Numbered from the whole stretch's first letter, positions 38,100-49,088 are shown. The stretch is 63,996 nucleotides of DNA, filler included, from Vicugna vicugna (GCA_013265495.1; 80 parts of 77 records of this genome joined end to end with filler, not necessarily neighbours in it), one strand, 5' to 3'. The notes: generated by a model not told the origin, from the letters alone. Translations and numbers: made by a program.

Positions 38100-38905
38100 C
38101 GACAATCGATCAGGTCCAGAAATCTGTGCTGCAGGACTGAGAAAGAAAGACAAGACTAAAAGGAAGACAATACTAAAAGCTGGTGGAGAGGGTCTCACTC
38201 TAGCCCGCAAGACGCTAGGTCAAGAGTGGACCTCGTGTTTATTTCCAGCAGTTAATTTATATGCTTTCAACCCATAGGCAACAGTATCATAGGTAACGGA
38301 TTGTTTTTATGATCTCTTAACAATGTGTACTAAAANNNNNNNNNNNNNNNNNNNNNNNNNNNNNNNNNNNNNNNNNNNNNNNNNNNNNNNNNNNNNNNNN
38401 NNNNNNNNNNNNNNNNNNNNNNNNNNNNNNNNNNNNNNNNNNNNNNNNNNNNNNNNNNNNNNNNNGTAACTCAGGTAATTGTCGCTAAGATAACTAACTT
38501 ATGTAACTTGTGTATAGGTAACTCAGGTGATTGTTACTAAGATCACTAAATTGTGTGACCTGTATCTCTCTTTCCAAAAGCCCCTGTTCTTAATAACTCA
38601 ATGGCATCAAGATGTTTTTCCGACTCCAAATGCACCTGCTGTTTTTCTAACAAAGGGGTGGCGGGACAGAGATTGTCTTTGCTCAGTAAGCCTTAGAGCC
38701 TGACGCCCCGCACTCTGGGAGTTTAGGCCCAGTTTCTGTGCTCGGCAGCCCTCAGGTCATGAGTGGCCCCCCGCAACTCCCCCTTTTTTAATTTTTAAAT
38801 AATGACAGATGCATTCATGTCCAGAACATCCCGCCATTATTGCCGATGAATTCGGCTAATCGCAAGCATCCGTTGCATCAAGAATTCGGACAAACAAGAG
38901 AGTAT
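38100..38905 (-). mobile_element. Betaretrovirus-like ERV 3' end: putative env tail, polypurine tract and 3' LTR
   Basis: Minus strand reads AAAAAAGGGGGAGT then TGCGGGGGGCC (LTR start near 38775); TATAAA (38261-38256) closely followed by AATAAA (38243-38238); 52-bp tandem repeat in U3 at 38466 and 38518. Confidence 0.75.
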
Positions 38906-39647
38906 NNNNNNNNNNNNNNNNNNNNNNNNNNNNNNNNNNNNNNNNNNNNTTAATTAATTAANNNNNNNNNNNNNNNNNNNNNNNNNNNNNNNNNNNNNNN
39001 NNNNNATCTAAGTTGTTTATCTTACGCTGACTATCTGGACACGGTTCTAAGTGCTGACACTGGAACTAACTGGGCTCAGTGATCAACAGTGCAGATTTAG
39101 AGTCAGCTCTTTTGTGTTTGTTTAAAGCTTTGTCACCTCGTAGCTTTGTGACTTTAAACAGGTAATTTGACCATCTGCATTTTTCACTCTTTCCAAATCT
39201 GTTAAAAAAAAAAAAAGCCTAAAAAATACAATACTAATCATACAAAGTGGTTTTGGAAAATCAGCATAAAACAATGTAATAAAATACAATTTTACTGATA
39301 ATCTTCTATGTACTAGATGCTGAAGACAGAAACATGGCTGTATAATTGTCCCTGCCTTTAAAGGGTTTATCATTTAAGCAGGAAGACAAAACCTTGTATA
39401 ACTGAGAAATGTATTTTAAAATGTGCTATCCTATATTAAAAAAATGCAATGGGAACATAAAAGTTGATGGTTAATTTAGCCAAAAGGGCAGGGGAAAACT
39501 TCACAAAATGTTTCATCCCTAAGTGTGAAATAAGGAGGGAGAAACGTGGTAGACCTAAAATAAAAGGATGGATATTCAAAGCAGTAAATACACCGAACAC
39601 TTTGGTGTTAAGTAAATGAAAATCAGCCAGAACCTGGTTCAACACTG

Positions 39648-39765
39648 TCTTTCTTCCTTTCTTCCTTACCTTTCTTTCTCCTTTCTTCCTTCCTTTCTTT
39701 CTTCCTTTTTTCTTCCTTCTTTTCTTTCTTTCTTTCTTTCTTCCTTTCTTCCTTTTTTCTTTCTT
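39648..39765. repeat. (CTTT/CCTT)n polypyrimidine simple repeat
   Basis: Direct reading. Confidence 0.95.
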
Positions 39766-41699
39766 NNNNNNNNNNNNNNNNNNNNNNNNNNNNNNNNNNN
39801 NNNNNNNNNTTAATTAATTAANNNNNNNNNNNNNNNNNNNNNNNNNNNNNNNNNNNNNNNNNNNNGCTCCAAGAACGGGTCCAAGATCCCTGACATCTAA
39901 AAGAGAAGAGGAGGCAGAGTTGATCAAATAGCTCATGATCTTAGAAGAGGTCGTGAGAATACACATGTTCTAAGGGGCATTTCCAAGCCAATCAGACAAA
40001 AGTGCACCAAGCCCAGGTAAGCCTTTTCCCAGGTTTGGGCCTAGATAGCAAGCACTTGCTCTTCCCTCCAATCCACTCAACCATCCATTTGGAAGGATCA
40101 GTACCTGAGCTGCAATGAAGCCAGTACGAGAAGGGCAAGCCCCTCCTCGAATNNNNNNNNNNNNNNNNNNNNNNNNNNNNNNNNNNNNNNNNNNNNNNNN
40201 NNNNNNNNNNNNNNNNNNNNNNNNNNNNNNNNAAGGTCTAAACGACAGAAATAGATAGGATACGAATAATTATCTCACACAAAGAAACGATGGCCTTCTG
40301 CTAGATTCAGCAAATGCTGTGTTTGTGTCTTCTCTGGGGTGAAGGGAGTATGGTAAGTGAGGGGAATCTTTGACAGAAATTGTATATGTATTTGGCCTCA
40401 GCTTTTCAAGACAGTATAGGTAAATATTATAAGTCAGATAGTGATCGGGAGTCTAAATTCGCCAATGACATTAAAGACACAGATTATGTGGACATTCTTT
40501 CATTGAGTCAAGCCCCATGGGCACTATATCAAGGGGGTGAAGACTCGGTTGCGTTAAATTGCTTTACCCCACATGATCGGATGATTAAGCGTTCTCATCA
40601 CTGATAGAAGAACACCTGGTTCTCAATAGACTATCATAGCTGCAGCAGGGTTCTCAAAGCTATAATGCCTCTAGGTGATTTTGGATTCAAGCCTAAATGT
40701 ATATATTTGGTTTGTTTACTCTTATATTTTCCTTCAGAGGGATGTTACCCCTTGAAATGCCAACATTGGCCAGTAGGTGTCATTGGGAGTAAAGGGCACC
40801 ACATGCACAAGTGAAACCAAGGTTGGGGGTTATATCATTCTTCCAAAAGCTTTTNNNNNNNNNNNNNNNNNNNNNNNNNNNNNNNNNNNNNNNNNNNNNN
40901 NNNNNNNNNNNNNNNNNNNNNNNNNNNNNNNNNNNNNNNNNNNNNNNNNNNNNNNNNNNNNNNNNNNNNNNNNNNNNNNNNNNNNNNNNNNNNNNNNNNN
41001 NNNNNNNNNNNNNNNNNNNNNNNNNNNNNNNNAAACTTCATTATATCTCTCAAAACATGGAAATCATATCTAATAAACTTTTTAAAGGCTGCAAATGAGA
41101 TACCAACACAATGTCAAANNNNNNNNNNNNNNNNNNNNNNNNNNNNNNNNNNNNNNNNNNNNTTAATTAATTAANNNNNNNNNNNNNNNNNNNNNNNNNN
41201 NNNNNNNNNNNNNNNNNNATTTTGGATGGCAGCGGCACGGTAGGGCACCGAGGACACCAAGGTTGGTCTGCGGGATCATGCCACTGGCCCTGATGTGTGA
41301 CATCCATTGTTATGCTTCCACTGGTGTTTCTGTAGGCAGAGAAGCTCTGGGAAGAACTGGTTTCATTGGGACATTCCCGTGGCACTACAAAGCAAAAGCG
41401 CACTCTCAGTTTGCAGTNNNNNNNNNNNNNNNNNNNNNNNNNNNNNNNNNNNNNNNNNNNNNNNNNNNNNNNNNNNNNNNNNNNNNNNNNNNNNNNNNNN
41501 NNNNNNNNNNNNNNNNNNNNNNNNNNNNNNNNNNNNNNNNNNNNNNNNNNNNNNNNNNNNNNNNNNNNNNNNNNNNNNNNNNNNNNNNNNNNNNNNNNNN
41601 NNNNNNNNNNNNNNNNNNNNNNNNNNNNNNNNNNNNNNNNNNNNNNNNNNNNNNNNNNNNNNNNNNNNNNNNNNNNNNNNNNNNNNNNNNNCCAAATTT

Positions 41700-42621
41700 T
41701 TCACTTAACAAAGCCCTAGAAGTCTACATTAGATACCTGATATTACCTGACCAGTAGAGGTGAAGAAGTGCAGTAAAAGAAACAGGAAATACCATTTTCA
41801 ATTCCAAAGAGATTGAAGGCCCAAAAGATAAGATTTCAGAAAACTAGACTGCAAAACGTAATCCAGAGAAAAAATTGAAAACGGAGGTGAGGAAACACTG
41901 AAGAACAACAGTGTCTAAGAATCATAAAAGGCATAATACCAGAAAAGGGGAAGAGAAAGCCTAAAGGCGAAACAAATAATATCAGAAAACTCAGTGGATG
42001 AGATAATATCAGGGCTACAATTCAGTCCTAAGCAGACCAAATAATGCAGAGGGACGCGTGAATGAATGTGAAGACAGGGGAACAGTAAACCCTCGGTCAG
42101 AAGCAGACATAGGAAAGCAAGTGCAAACCAATGAAAACATTGCTGTTGAATCCTGGGGTAAGACAAGGCATGAAAGACTAGGATTCGTAAGAGTCCCAGA
42201 TGGAAAAGCAAGAGATAAAGAAACAAAAAATGTCTGAAAAGTTATCTGTAGAAAAATCAGACNNNNNNNNNNNNNNNNNNNNNNNNNNNNNNNNNNNNNN
42301 NNNNNNNNNNNNNNNNNNNNNNNNNNNNNNNNNNNNNNNNNNNNNNNNNNNNNNNNNNNNNNNNNNNNNNNNNNNNNNNNNNNNNNNNNNNNNNNNNNNN
42401 NNGCCTGGAGGAAAGCAACATAGTCACAAGAAAACCTCCAGAGGGGTTTCAGCTGATATATCGGCAGCAATATTGCAGGAGAGGGAGGAGTGCCAGGACA
42501 TAGGCCATACCCTGAAGGGCAAAATGCTGCCATCTAAGGTAGCCTAGGCCACATGACCGCCATTTCTAATAACGGAAGAGCTAGAAAAATCCACACACCG
42601 GCAAATCTTAAAAGAATTCAG
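41700..42621 (+). mobile_element. Degraded LINE-1 ORF1 region
   Basis: GVSADISAAILQEREECQDIGHTLKGK resembles L1 ORF1 RLSADFSAETLQARREWQDIFKVLK. Confidence 0.65.
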
Positions 42622-42721
42622 NNNNNNNNNNNNNNNNNNNNNNNNNNNNNNNNNNNNNNNNNNNNTTAATTAATTAANNNNNNNNNNNNNNNNNNNNNNN
42701 NNNNNNNNNNNNNNNNNNNNN

Positions 42722-42940
42722 CTTGTGGTTGCCAAGGGGGTGGGGGGAGGGGTAGGAAGGGATAGACCGGGATTTCAAAATTGTAGAACAGATTAACAAG
42801 ATTATACTGTATAGCACAGGGAAATATATACAAGATCTTACGGTAGCTCACAGAGAAAAAAATGTGACAATGAATATATATACGTTCATGTATAACTGAA
42901 AAATTGTGCTCTACACTGGAATTTGACACAACGTTGTAAA
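42722..42940 (+). mobile_element. LINE-1 3' UTR
   Basis: Homologous to 1572-1857 and 62728-63133. Confidence 0.85.
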
Positions 42941-43046
42941 NNNNNNNNNNNNNNNNNNNNNNNNNNNNNNNNNNNNNNNNNNNNNNNNNNNNNNNNNNNN
43001 NNNNNNNNNNNNNNNNNNNNNNNNNNNNNNNNNNNNNNNNNNNNNC

Positions 43047-43323
43047 CTCTAGAAGCAGAGTAAAACCCTCAGCTGACAACCTATTGAGGAACTGAACCTC
43101 AGTCCTATCACTGAAAGAAACTCAATTCTGTCAACAACCTGTAAAATCAAAATAATAGATTTTGCCCTAGATCCTGCAATAAGCAACTCAGTCCTGCTGA
43201 CACCTGATTTTAGCCCAATCAGACCTGCATCAGACTTTCTAATTTCTTAACTATAAGATAATAAATGTATGTTACTTTAAGCCACTAAGCGTGTGGCAAT
43301 TTGTATAGCAGCAATAAAAAAAA
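43047..43323 (+). mobile_element. MLT1-type MaLR LTR 3' part
   Basis: aactataagataataaatgtatgttactttaagccactaag...gcagcaata is the typical MLT1 end. Confidence 0.8.
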
Positions 43324-43951
43324 NNNNNNNNNNNNNNNNNNNNNNNNNNNNNNNNNNNNNNNNNNNNTTAATTAATTAANNNNNNNNNNNNNNNNNNNNN
43401 NNNNNNNNNNNNNNNNNNNNNNNGGGAGAGAGGTTGGAGCCACATTAGTAAGCAAAATGTATTTGCTTTTGAGAGCTTAGCATTGTGAGAAGTTGACTTA
43501 ACCTAGAATGTTCTAGGAACAGAGGAACAAATGTGGAGTTTGGACGGAGGGAAGGCTTCCTTGGGAAACAGTCAAAATGAGCCTGGATGCAAGTGGGAAT
43601 TAGGAGCAGGTCAAGGGGCCCCTGAGGTCACTGGGGACCTGTGTACTGAGGTGAGGCTAGGTGAGCAGTGACTGGGGTGGGAGGGCTAGAATTCCACCAG
43701 GGAGACTCTGAAAGGTTTGAAGTGGGGTGATGTAATCAAATTTGTGATTTGTGAAGGCTGCTGTGGCTCTGTGTGTGTGTGAGTGTAGCAGGGAAGAGGG
43801 GGAGGTTGCCACCAACTGGGGGGTCATTAGAAGACCATTCACACGCAGGGANNNNNNNNNNNNNNNNNNNNNNNNNNNNNNNNNNNNNNNNNNNNTTAAT
43901 TAATTAANNNNNNNNNNNNNNNNNNNNNNNNNNNNNNNNNNNNNNNNNNNN

Positions 43952-44709
43952 TGCCTGCAATTTTCACTGCAAAACCGAGTTGGGGTTTGTACCTACCCAT
44001 ATATATGTATGTAGTGGAGTTTGCAAATGAAAGAAACTTTGTGTTCCCTTCAAGCTAGGTGAAGGACGGCTTTCACACACACTTATCTCTCACAACTGAG
44101 CATGTGGAGAGACGTTCGTNNNNNNNNNNNNNNNNNNNNNNNNNNNNNNNNNNNNNNNNNNNNNNNNNNNNNNNNNNNNNNNNNNNNNNNNNNNNNNNNN
44201 NNNNNNNNNNNNNNNNNNNNNNNNNNNNNNNNNNNNNNNNNNNNNNNNNNNNNNNNNNNNNNNNNNNNNNNNNNNNNNNNNNNNNNNNNNNNNNNNNNNN
44301 NNNNNNNNNNNNNNNNNNNNNNNNNNNNNNNNNNNNNNNNNNNNNNNNNNNNNNNNNNNNNNNNNNNNNNNNNNNNNNNNNNNNNNNNNNNNNNNNNNNN
44401 NNNNNNNNNNNNNNNNNNNNNNNNNNNNNNNNNNNNNNNNNNNNNNNNNNNNNNNNNNNCCGAGTTGGGGCTTGTACCTCCCCATATATATGTATGGAGT
44501 GGAGTTGGCAACTGAAAAGAAACTTTGTGTTCCCTTCAAGCTAGGTGAAGGACGGCTTTCACACACACAGTTATCTCTCAGAAGTGAGCATGTTGAGAGA
44601 CGTTCGTTCATCCATCACAAAGGGAACGGGTTGTAGGAGAAATACTTACTCTGTGTATTCAGTATGTTTCCTAGTGCCGGTTTGAAGTACCTGCCGTATT
44701 CACTGTAAA
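43952..44709. repeat. Homogeneous 247-bp satellite (S247-mono)
   Basis: Matches the array at 47464-48261. Confidence 0.92.
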
Positions 44710-44809
44710 NNNNNNNNNNNNNNNNNNNNNNNNNNNNNNNNNNNNNNNNNNNNTTAATTAATTAANNNNNNNNNNNNNNNNNNNNNNNNNNNNNNNNNNN
44801 NNNNNNNNN

Positions 44810-45874
44810 GTGGAGTTGTCTCTCGAGCTCCCTCACGCACTGACAATGTTTCCAAAATCCTGAGCCTGAGTAGGTTCCACCAACGGTCGGCAGCGCATGG
44901 GTTCTAACGGAATGCCTAATCTCGTTTCCCCTGAGGGTTTTCCTAATGTCTCTGTGCCAGGGAATGCTAGGTTTGATTGCAGGATATCCCAGAGTCCGAG
45001 GCTGCCTTCCCAAAATCAGGGAAGTTTTTTCCGGGACTTCCCCGAACAGGAACACCTGTGACTGAACAGAGTTGCGTGGAGTTGTCTCTCGAGCTCCCCC
45101 ACGCACTGACAATTTTTCNNNNNNNNNNNNNNNNNNNNNNNNNNNNNNNNNNNNNNNNNNNNNNNNNNNNNNNNNNNNNNNNNNNNNNNNNNNNNNNNNN
45201 NNNNNNNNNNNNNNNNNNNNNNNNNNNNNNNNNNNNNNNNNNNNNNNNNNNNNNNNNNNNNNNNNNNNNNNNNNNNNNNNNNNNNNNNNNNNNNNNNNNN
45301 NNNNNNNNNNNNNNNNNNNNNNNNNNNNNNNNNNNNNNNNNNNNNNNNNNNNNNNNNNNNNNNNNNNNNNNNNAAAATTTTTCTCCTGAGCGTGGGGTGG
45401 TTTCACCAACGGTAGGCAGCGCGTGGGTTCTAACGGAAAGCCTAAGCTCGTATCCCCTGAGGGTTATCCTAATATCTCTGTGACAGGGAATGCTAGGTGT
45501 GATTGCAGTATATCCCAGTGACCGAGGTTGTCTCCACAAGATCAGGGAAATTATTTCTTGGACATCCCCGAATAGGGAACACCTTTGACTGAAGAGAGCT
45601 GCGTGGAGTTGTCTCTCGAGCTCCCCCACGCAGTGAAAATGATTACGGAATCCTGAGCGTGGCGAGGTTCCACCAACGGTCGGCAGCGCATGGGTTCAAA
45701 CGGAATGCATATGCTCGTCTCCCCTGAGGGTTTTCCTAATGTCTCTGTGCCAGGGAATGCTAGGAGGGTTTGTAGGCTATCCCAGTGACAGAGCCGGCCT
45801 CCCCAAGCTCAGGGAAGGTATTTGTCGTTCTTCCCCGAACAGGGAAAACCTGTGACTCAAGAGAGCTGCGTGGA
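44810..45874. repeat. S267 satellite
   Basis: Reverse-orientation tandem monomers. Confidence 0.95.
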
Positions 45875-45974
45875 NNNNNNNNNNNNNNNNNNNNNNNNNN
45901 NNNNNNNNNNNNNNNNNNTTAATTAATTAANNNNNNNNNNNNNNNNNNNNNNNNNNNNNNNNNNNNNNNNNNNN

Positions 45975-46422
45975 AGTATTTAGATGTATTCTCCATAAAG
46001 GGAAACACCTGAGCACCCAATCATCTGCGTGGTTTGGGGCTTCAAATCTCCCCACCACACAAGGTTGGGTTCCAGTATCCTGAGGGTGGGGTAGGTCCTC
46101 CAACTGACATCAGCGTCTTGGTTTTAATAGAATCCAATTGCTTGTCTTCCCTGATGGTTTGCCTAGGCCAGTGTGTGGTTGAAAGTGGGATTTGGGATCT
46201 AAAACTAAGTATTAACGTGTGCCTCTCCATGGGTAGTGGAGATGTTTAAACTACAACCCACAACTTGGGAATTACTGTGACCCCTGAGTAATGCGTGTGG
46301 TGTTTCCCCAAGCCCAGCACACACAGGAAGAAGTGTTCTGGGGTTCTGAGTGTGGGGAGGTTCCTCCAACAGACAGCAGCACCTGGGTTTTAATAGAATC
46401 CCTTAGCTTGACTTCCCTAAGT
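45975..46422. repeat. S265-div satellite
   Basis: Matches 14092-14590 (reverse complement) and 34185-34382. Confidence 0.9.
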
Positions 46423-46659
46423 NNNNNNNNNNNNNNNNNNNNNNNNNNNNNNNNNNNNNNNNNNNNTTAATTAATTAANNNNNNNNNNNNNNNNNNNNNN
46501 NNNNNNNNNNNNNNNNNNNNNNACAAGTTACAACAGTTATTGATCTGGTTGCCGTGTCACCTGAAGAGTGACGTGTGCCTCATAAGTAAAGACAGGGATG
46601 AGAACATTATTTGTGAGTTCCAGGAGATAAGGAAACATGCTTCCCATTTCTGTCCTCGT

Positions 46660-46673
46660 CCACCAGGGGGAGC
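46660..46673 (+). promoter_or_regulatory. CTCF-binding motif in the TRAV promoter
   Basis: CCACCAGGGGGAGC versus core consensus CCACCAGGGGGCGC, about 125 bp upstream of the leader ATG; a CRE-like TGACGT lies at 46569. Confidence 0.7.
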
Positions 46674-46797
46674 AGTTTCCTAATACAAACACACTTCCTG
46701 TGTGAAATGCAGGCTTCCCTTTATCTAAACCTTCACTGTGACTTCAACATTTCTTCAGGGTAGTTGTCAGGCACGTTATTCAGGCGACACTGTAGAG

Positions 46798-47246
46798 ATG
46801 AACTCCTCTCCAGTCTTAGTGACTATGGTACTCTTAATGCTTGGTAAGTAAAATGCCTCTAACAATGTGTATTGTTTCTTCTGCTTCATCAGGAAAAATT
46901 TTAACCATAATTTTATCTGAGAGCTTTATGCCCAAGGGACATGAACTGTTTTATTCTTGCCCAGGACGAACCCGTGGAGACTCAGTGATGCAGACGGAAG
47001 GCCCAGTGGCCCTTTCAGAATCAGCTGCCCTGACTATCGACTGCAATTATTCAGCTGCGGGGTACCCCACTCTTTTCTGGTACGTCCAGTACCCCGGAGA
47101 AGGTCCACAGCTCCTCCTGAAAGCCTCGAGGGACAAGGAGAAGGTACTCAAGAAAGGTTTTGAAGCCACGTACCACAGAGAACAAACTTCCTTCCACTTG
47201 GAGAAAGCCTCAGTCCAAGGGGAGTGTACTACTGTGCTCTGAGTGA
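46798..47246 (+). pseudogene. TRAV9: T-cell receptor alpha variable gene, TRAV9 subgroup, frameshifted in FR3 (L exon 46798-46843, V exon 46965-47246)
   Basis: Leader MNSSPVLVTMVLLML|GRTRG with a GT-AG intron; DSVMQTEGPVALSESAALTIDCNYSAAGYPTLFWYVQYPGEGPQLLLKA...GFEATY...SFHLEKASVQ closely matches human TRAV9-2. Only 5 nt (GGGGA) lie between SVQ and VYYCALS instead of 15. Confidence 0.92.
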
Positions 47247-47285
47247 CACAGTGACAGGAGCTGCACGGGGAGCTGAGCACAAACT
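47247..47285 (+). promoter_or_regulatory. V(D)J recombination signal sequence (23-RSS)
   Basis: CACAGTG + 23-nt spacer (acaggagctgcacggggagctga) + GCACAAACT. Confidence 0.95.
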
Positions 47286-47463
47286 CTGAGCAGCAGCTGG
47301 GTCCTGGGTGCTGAGTGCCTCTGACTGTTTGATCCTCTGTGGTTCCAGCACAGTCTGTGGTGGNNNNNNNNNNNNNNNNNNNNNNNNNNNNNNNNNNNNN
47401 NNNNNNNTTAATTAATTAANNNNNNNNNNNNNNNNNNNNNNNNNNNNNNNNNNNNNNNNNNNN

Positions 47464-48261
47464 GTATGGAGTGGAGTTGGCTTCTGAAAAGAAACTTTGT
47501 GTTCCCTTTAATCTAGGAGAAGAACGGCTTTCACACACACTTATCTCTCAGAAATGAGCATTTGGAGAGACGTTCATTCATCCAGCACAAAGGGAACGGG
47601 TGGCAGGAGAAACACTTACTCTGTGTTCTCAGTCTATTTCCTAGTGCCGGTTTGAAGTGCCTGCCGTTTTCACTGTAAAACCGAGTTGGGACTTGTACCT
47701 CCCCNNNNNNNNNNNNNNNNNNNNNNNNNNNNNNNNNNNNNNNNNNNNNNNNNNNNNNNNNNNNNNNNNNNNNNNNNNNNNNNNNNNNNNNNNNNNNNNN
47801 NNNNNNNNNNNNNNNNNNNNNNNNNNNNNNNNNNNNNNNNNNNNNACGGGTTGCAAACACTTACTCTGTGTTCTCAGTCTTTTTCCTAATGCCGGTTTGA
47901 AGTGCCTGCTCTTTTCACTGTAAAACCGACTTGGGGCTTGAACCTCCCCATATATATGTATGGAGTGGGGTTGGCAACTGAAAGAAACTTTGTTTTCCCT
48001 TCAAGCTAGGTGAAGGACGACTTTCACACACACTTCTCTCTCAGAACTGAGCATGTGGAGAGACGTTCGTTCATCCAGCACAAAGGGACGGGTTGCAGGA
48101 GAAACACTTACTCTGTGTTCTCAGTCTTTTTCCTAGTGCCGGTTTGATGTGCCTGCCGATATCACTGTAAAACCGAGTTGGGGCTTGTGCCTCCCCATAT
48201 ATATGTGTGGATTGGGGTTGGCAACTGAAAGAAACTTTGTTTTCCCTTCAAGCTAGGTGAA
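47464..48261. repeat. Homogeneous 247-bp satellite (S247-mono)
   Basis: ttactctgtgttc at 47861 and 48108; gaaactttg at 47984 and 48231 (both 247 bp apart). Confidence 0.95.
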
Positions 48262-48361
48262 NNNNNNNNNNNNNNNNNNNNNNNNNNNNNNNNNNNNNNN
48301 NNNNNTTAATTAATTAANNNNNNNNNNNNNNNNNNNNNNNNNNNNNNNNNNNNNNNNNNNN

Positions 48362-49088
48362 CAAAGGCACGTAGATCTGCCAAAGTGTACAAAGAGCAAA
48401 AGAGACCGACTGTAATGTGCACATTGGGGTTGGTTGCATTTCTTGGAATTTCAGCCCCCATGAAACAAATGGATCCATGTCCTGAGAGTGCGGGTGTTTC
48501 AGCAGAAATCAGGCGACGCATATGTATTCCGGGTGTACGGATATTATAGGAACATAAGTCTCCGTTAGAGGGTCTCTGTGTACTGTGAACTGTTAGAAAG
48601 TTTAAAGACGTGTGAAACCATCAACTAAAAAGGGACCCACTTCCCTCCATTGGTACTGTGCATACAGATCTGAACAAAAGGAAAGAGGGAAGAAGAAAGG
48701 CCCATGGGANNNNNNNNNNNNNNNNNNNNNNNNNNNNNNNNNNNNNNNNNNNNNNNNNNNNNNNNNNNNNNNNNNNNNNNNNNNNNNNNNNNNNNNNNNN
48801 NNNNNNNNNNNNNNNNNNNNNNNNNNNNNNNNNNNNNNNNNNNNNNNNNNNNNNNNNCGAGGCTTGTTGTGGCTGTTGGATCCTAGGTAACCGGGCAGAG
48901 TTCTGTGGGTGGATCAGTGTGATGGAGGGGCTGCCGCCCTCTGTGGAGCTTGGCTTAGGTGTTTGATCCGGGAAGCTGTGTAAGTTCGAGATACTGCTTC
49001 TGCCCAAAAACCTGAGTTCACATGTCAGTTTCCAGAAACTTTTAGAGCAGACAGTGGAAGATCTGCCTGTCATCAGCTTACTGGTGAG
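48362..49088 (-). mobile_element. Possible ERV env N-terminal remnant
   Basis: Minus frame PWAFLLPSFLLFRSVCT (signal-peptide-like), one stop, then about 85 open codons containing GSICF; resemblance only. Confidence 0.3.

Noticed and set aside
40380..40604. 74-aa ORF MYMYLASAFQDSIGKYYK...
   Set aside because: The paralog at 23072-23286 has an in-frame stop (AAA TAG in place of AAA TAT) in the equivalent frame.
46841..46964. N-terminal extension MVSKMPLTMCIV... of the TRAV ORF in the track
   Set aside because: It is read-through of the leader intron; the real start is the ATG at 46798.
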